A DNA stretch of 64,000 nt from assembly GCF_004010195.1 (NCBI RefSeq), contig NC_057720.1:28664982-28728981 (forward strand), given 5' to 3'. The stretch is from Chiloscyllium plagiosum (taxonomy: Eukaryota). Both the position numbers and the translations under genes were made by a program. Each line of letters starts with the position of its first letter. The stretch's first letter is position 1. The notes beneath the pieces were generated by a model. It searched no databases, was not told where the DNA came from, and worked only from the letters and a program-made list of their open reading frames with translations. Below, in pieces: positions 62,691-64,000 of this stretch.

Positions 62691-64000
62691 TTCCAAGAAG
62701 GAGATAGATATAGTTCTTGTGGCTGAAGGGATCAAATGGTGTGGGGCACAAGTGGGAATAGAGACTCAGGAAGATGATTAGCAATGACGATGTTAAATGG
62801 TAGAGCAGCTCGAAGGGCCATATGGCTTACTTTAGTGTTCCTATCTTCTATGTTTTCTATTGTCATTAATATCGGATGACGATTGCTCCTTTTGTTTCTG
62901 TTTGAAGACCCCTTTCTAGAGAATTAAATTCCCCAGTGCTGACTGCTTGGTCAACCATGCAAACAATTCTTTTACCCTGGTTAAGGATTGCTTACCAATT
63001 CTCTGGCCATTGTGTCATTCTCCAAGTCGAAGCCAATGGTGAGTGGATCAGAATTTTCTTCGCCAACCACTAAAGCTCAATGGTGAATCTGACCTCTTTG
63101 CAAGTTTGCTTTCTGACTCTCTCAGAAGGTTACAGGGTGAAGGCAAGAGAATGTGGTTGAGAAACATTTCAGCCATGATTGAATGATGGAGCAGACTCAA
63201 TGGGTCAAATGGCCTAATTTTGCTCCTATACTGTATGGTCTTGCGGCGTCTGTCTCCACTTCACTGTGAGGAGCAGCCTTGGGGTTCTTCACACACGCTT
63301 GTTAGGTTCTGCAATGGTGCGCCACATTTACAGGTCCATCTTTCCAACCTTCTTTAAAGTTGCTTTCCAATGTGTTTTGGTATCCAAATGTGTCCTGTAG
63401 TTTGAGGGTCCCCCACTAGTGGAAACATCTTCTCAACATCAACCTATGAAATCCCCTCAAGATTTTTCAAATAAGATCACACTCAGTCTTCTAAACACCA
63501 ATGAATAGTGCCCTAACCTGTTAAGCTGTCTTGATAAATCAACTCCAGGATGTTTCTTCAGGAGTCCCTCAGGGTAGTGTCTAGGCTCAATTACCTTCAG
63601 ATGCTTCACCAATAACGTTCCCTCCAATGGAAGGTCAGAAATAGTGATGTTTGCTGACGATGCACAATTTGGGATTTCTCGGATAGTGAAGCAATTATGT
63701 CCAAATGCAGCATGACTTTGACAATATCCAGGCCTGGGCTGAAAAGTGGCAGGTAGCATTGGGGCAGTACAAATGCAAAGAATTCACCATCTCCAATAAC
63801 AGAAATCTAACCACTGCCACTTGACATTTAATGGTGTTACCATCACTGAATCCCCCGTTATCAACATCCTTGAGGTTACCATTGACTAGAAACTCAACTA
63901 GACTATATGTTCAGTGGCTATAAAAGCAAGTTGGGGGCTCCTGATAGGGTTAATCCTAACCTTAACTATCACAGTGAGTAACTCACCTTTTCACTTCCCA

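Overview
This is eukaryotic vertebrate DNA, most likely from a shark, judging by abundant HE1/V-type tRNA-derived SINEs and CR1-type LINEs. Only one host protein-coding gene is supportable: a two-coding-exon prostaglandin E2 receptor EP4-type GPCR (ptger4c-like, 481 aa). It lies on the minus strand, with exons 38387-37566 and 34071-33448, a phase-0 GT-AG intron at the end of TM6, and a CpG-rich putative promoter at about 38.5-38.9 kb. Most of the rest is decayed and often nested mobile DNA: Penelope-like elements (RT plus GIY-YIG, with hammerhead-ribozyme motifs), CR1, Rex1/Babar and RTE LINEs, a Gypsy gag relic, SINEs and a MITE-like element. A 500-N assembly gap sits at 57163-57662. I see no novel protein-coding system. 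The most interesting unexplained structure is a set of short Penelope-derived fold-back insertions whose 5' ends or symmetry axes cluster at a minimal hammerhead motif. Several young inverted duplications also stand out, including a 154-bp near-perfect inverted repeat in the receptor intron. Repeat family names come from motif recognition, not database searches, and repeat boundaries are approximate unless a TSD is given.
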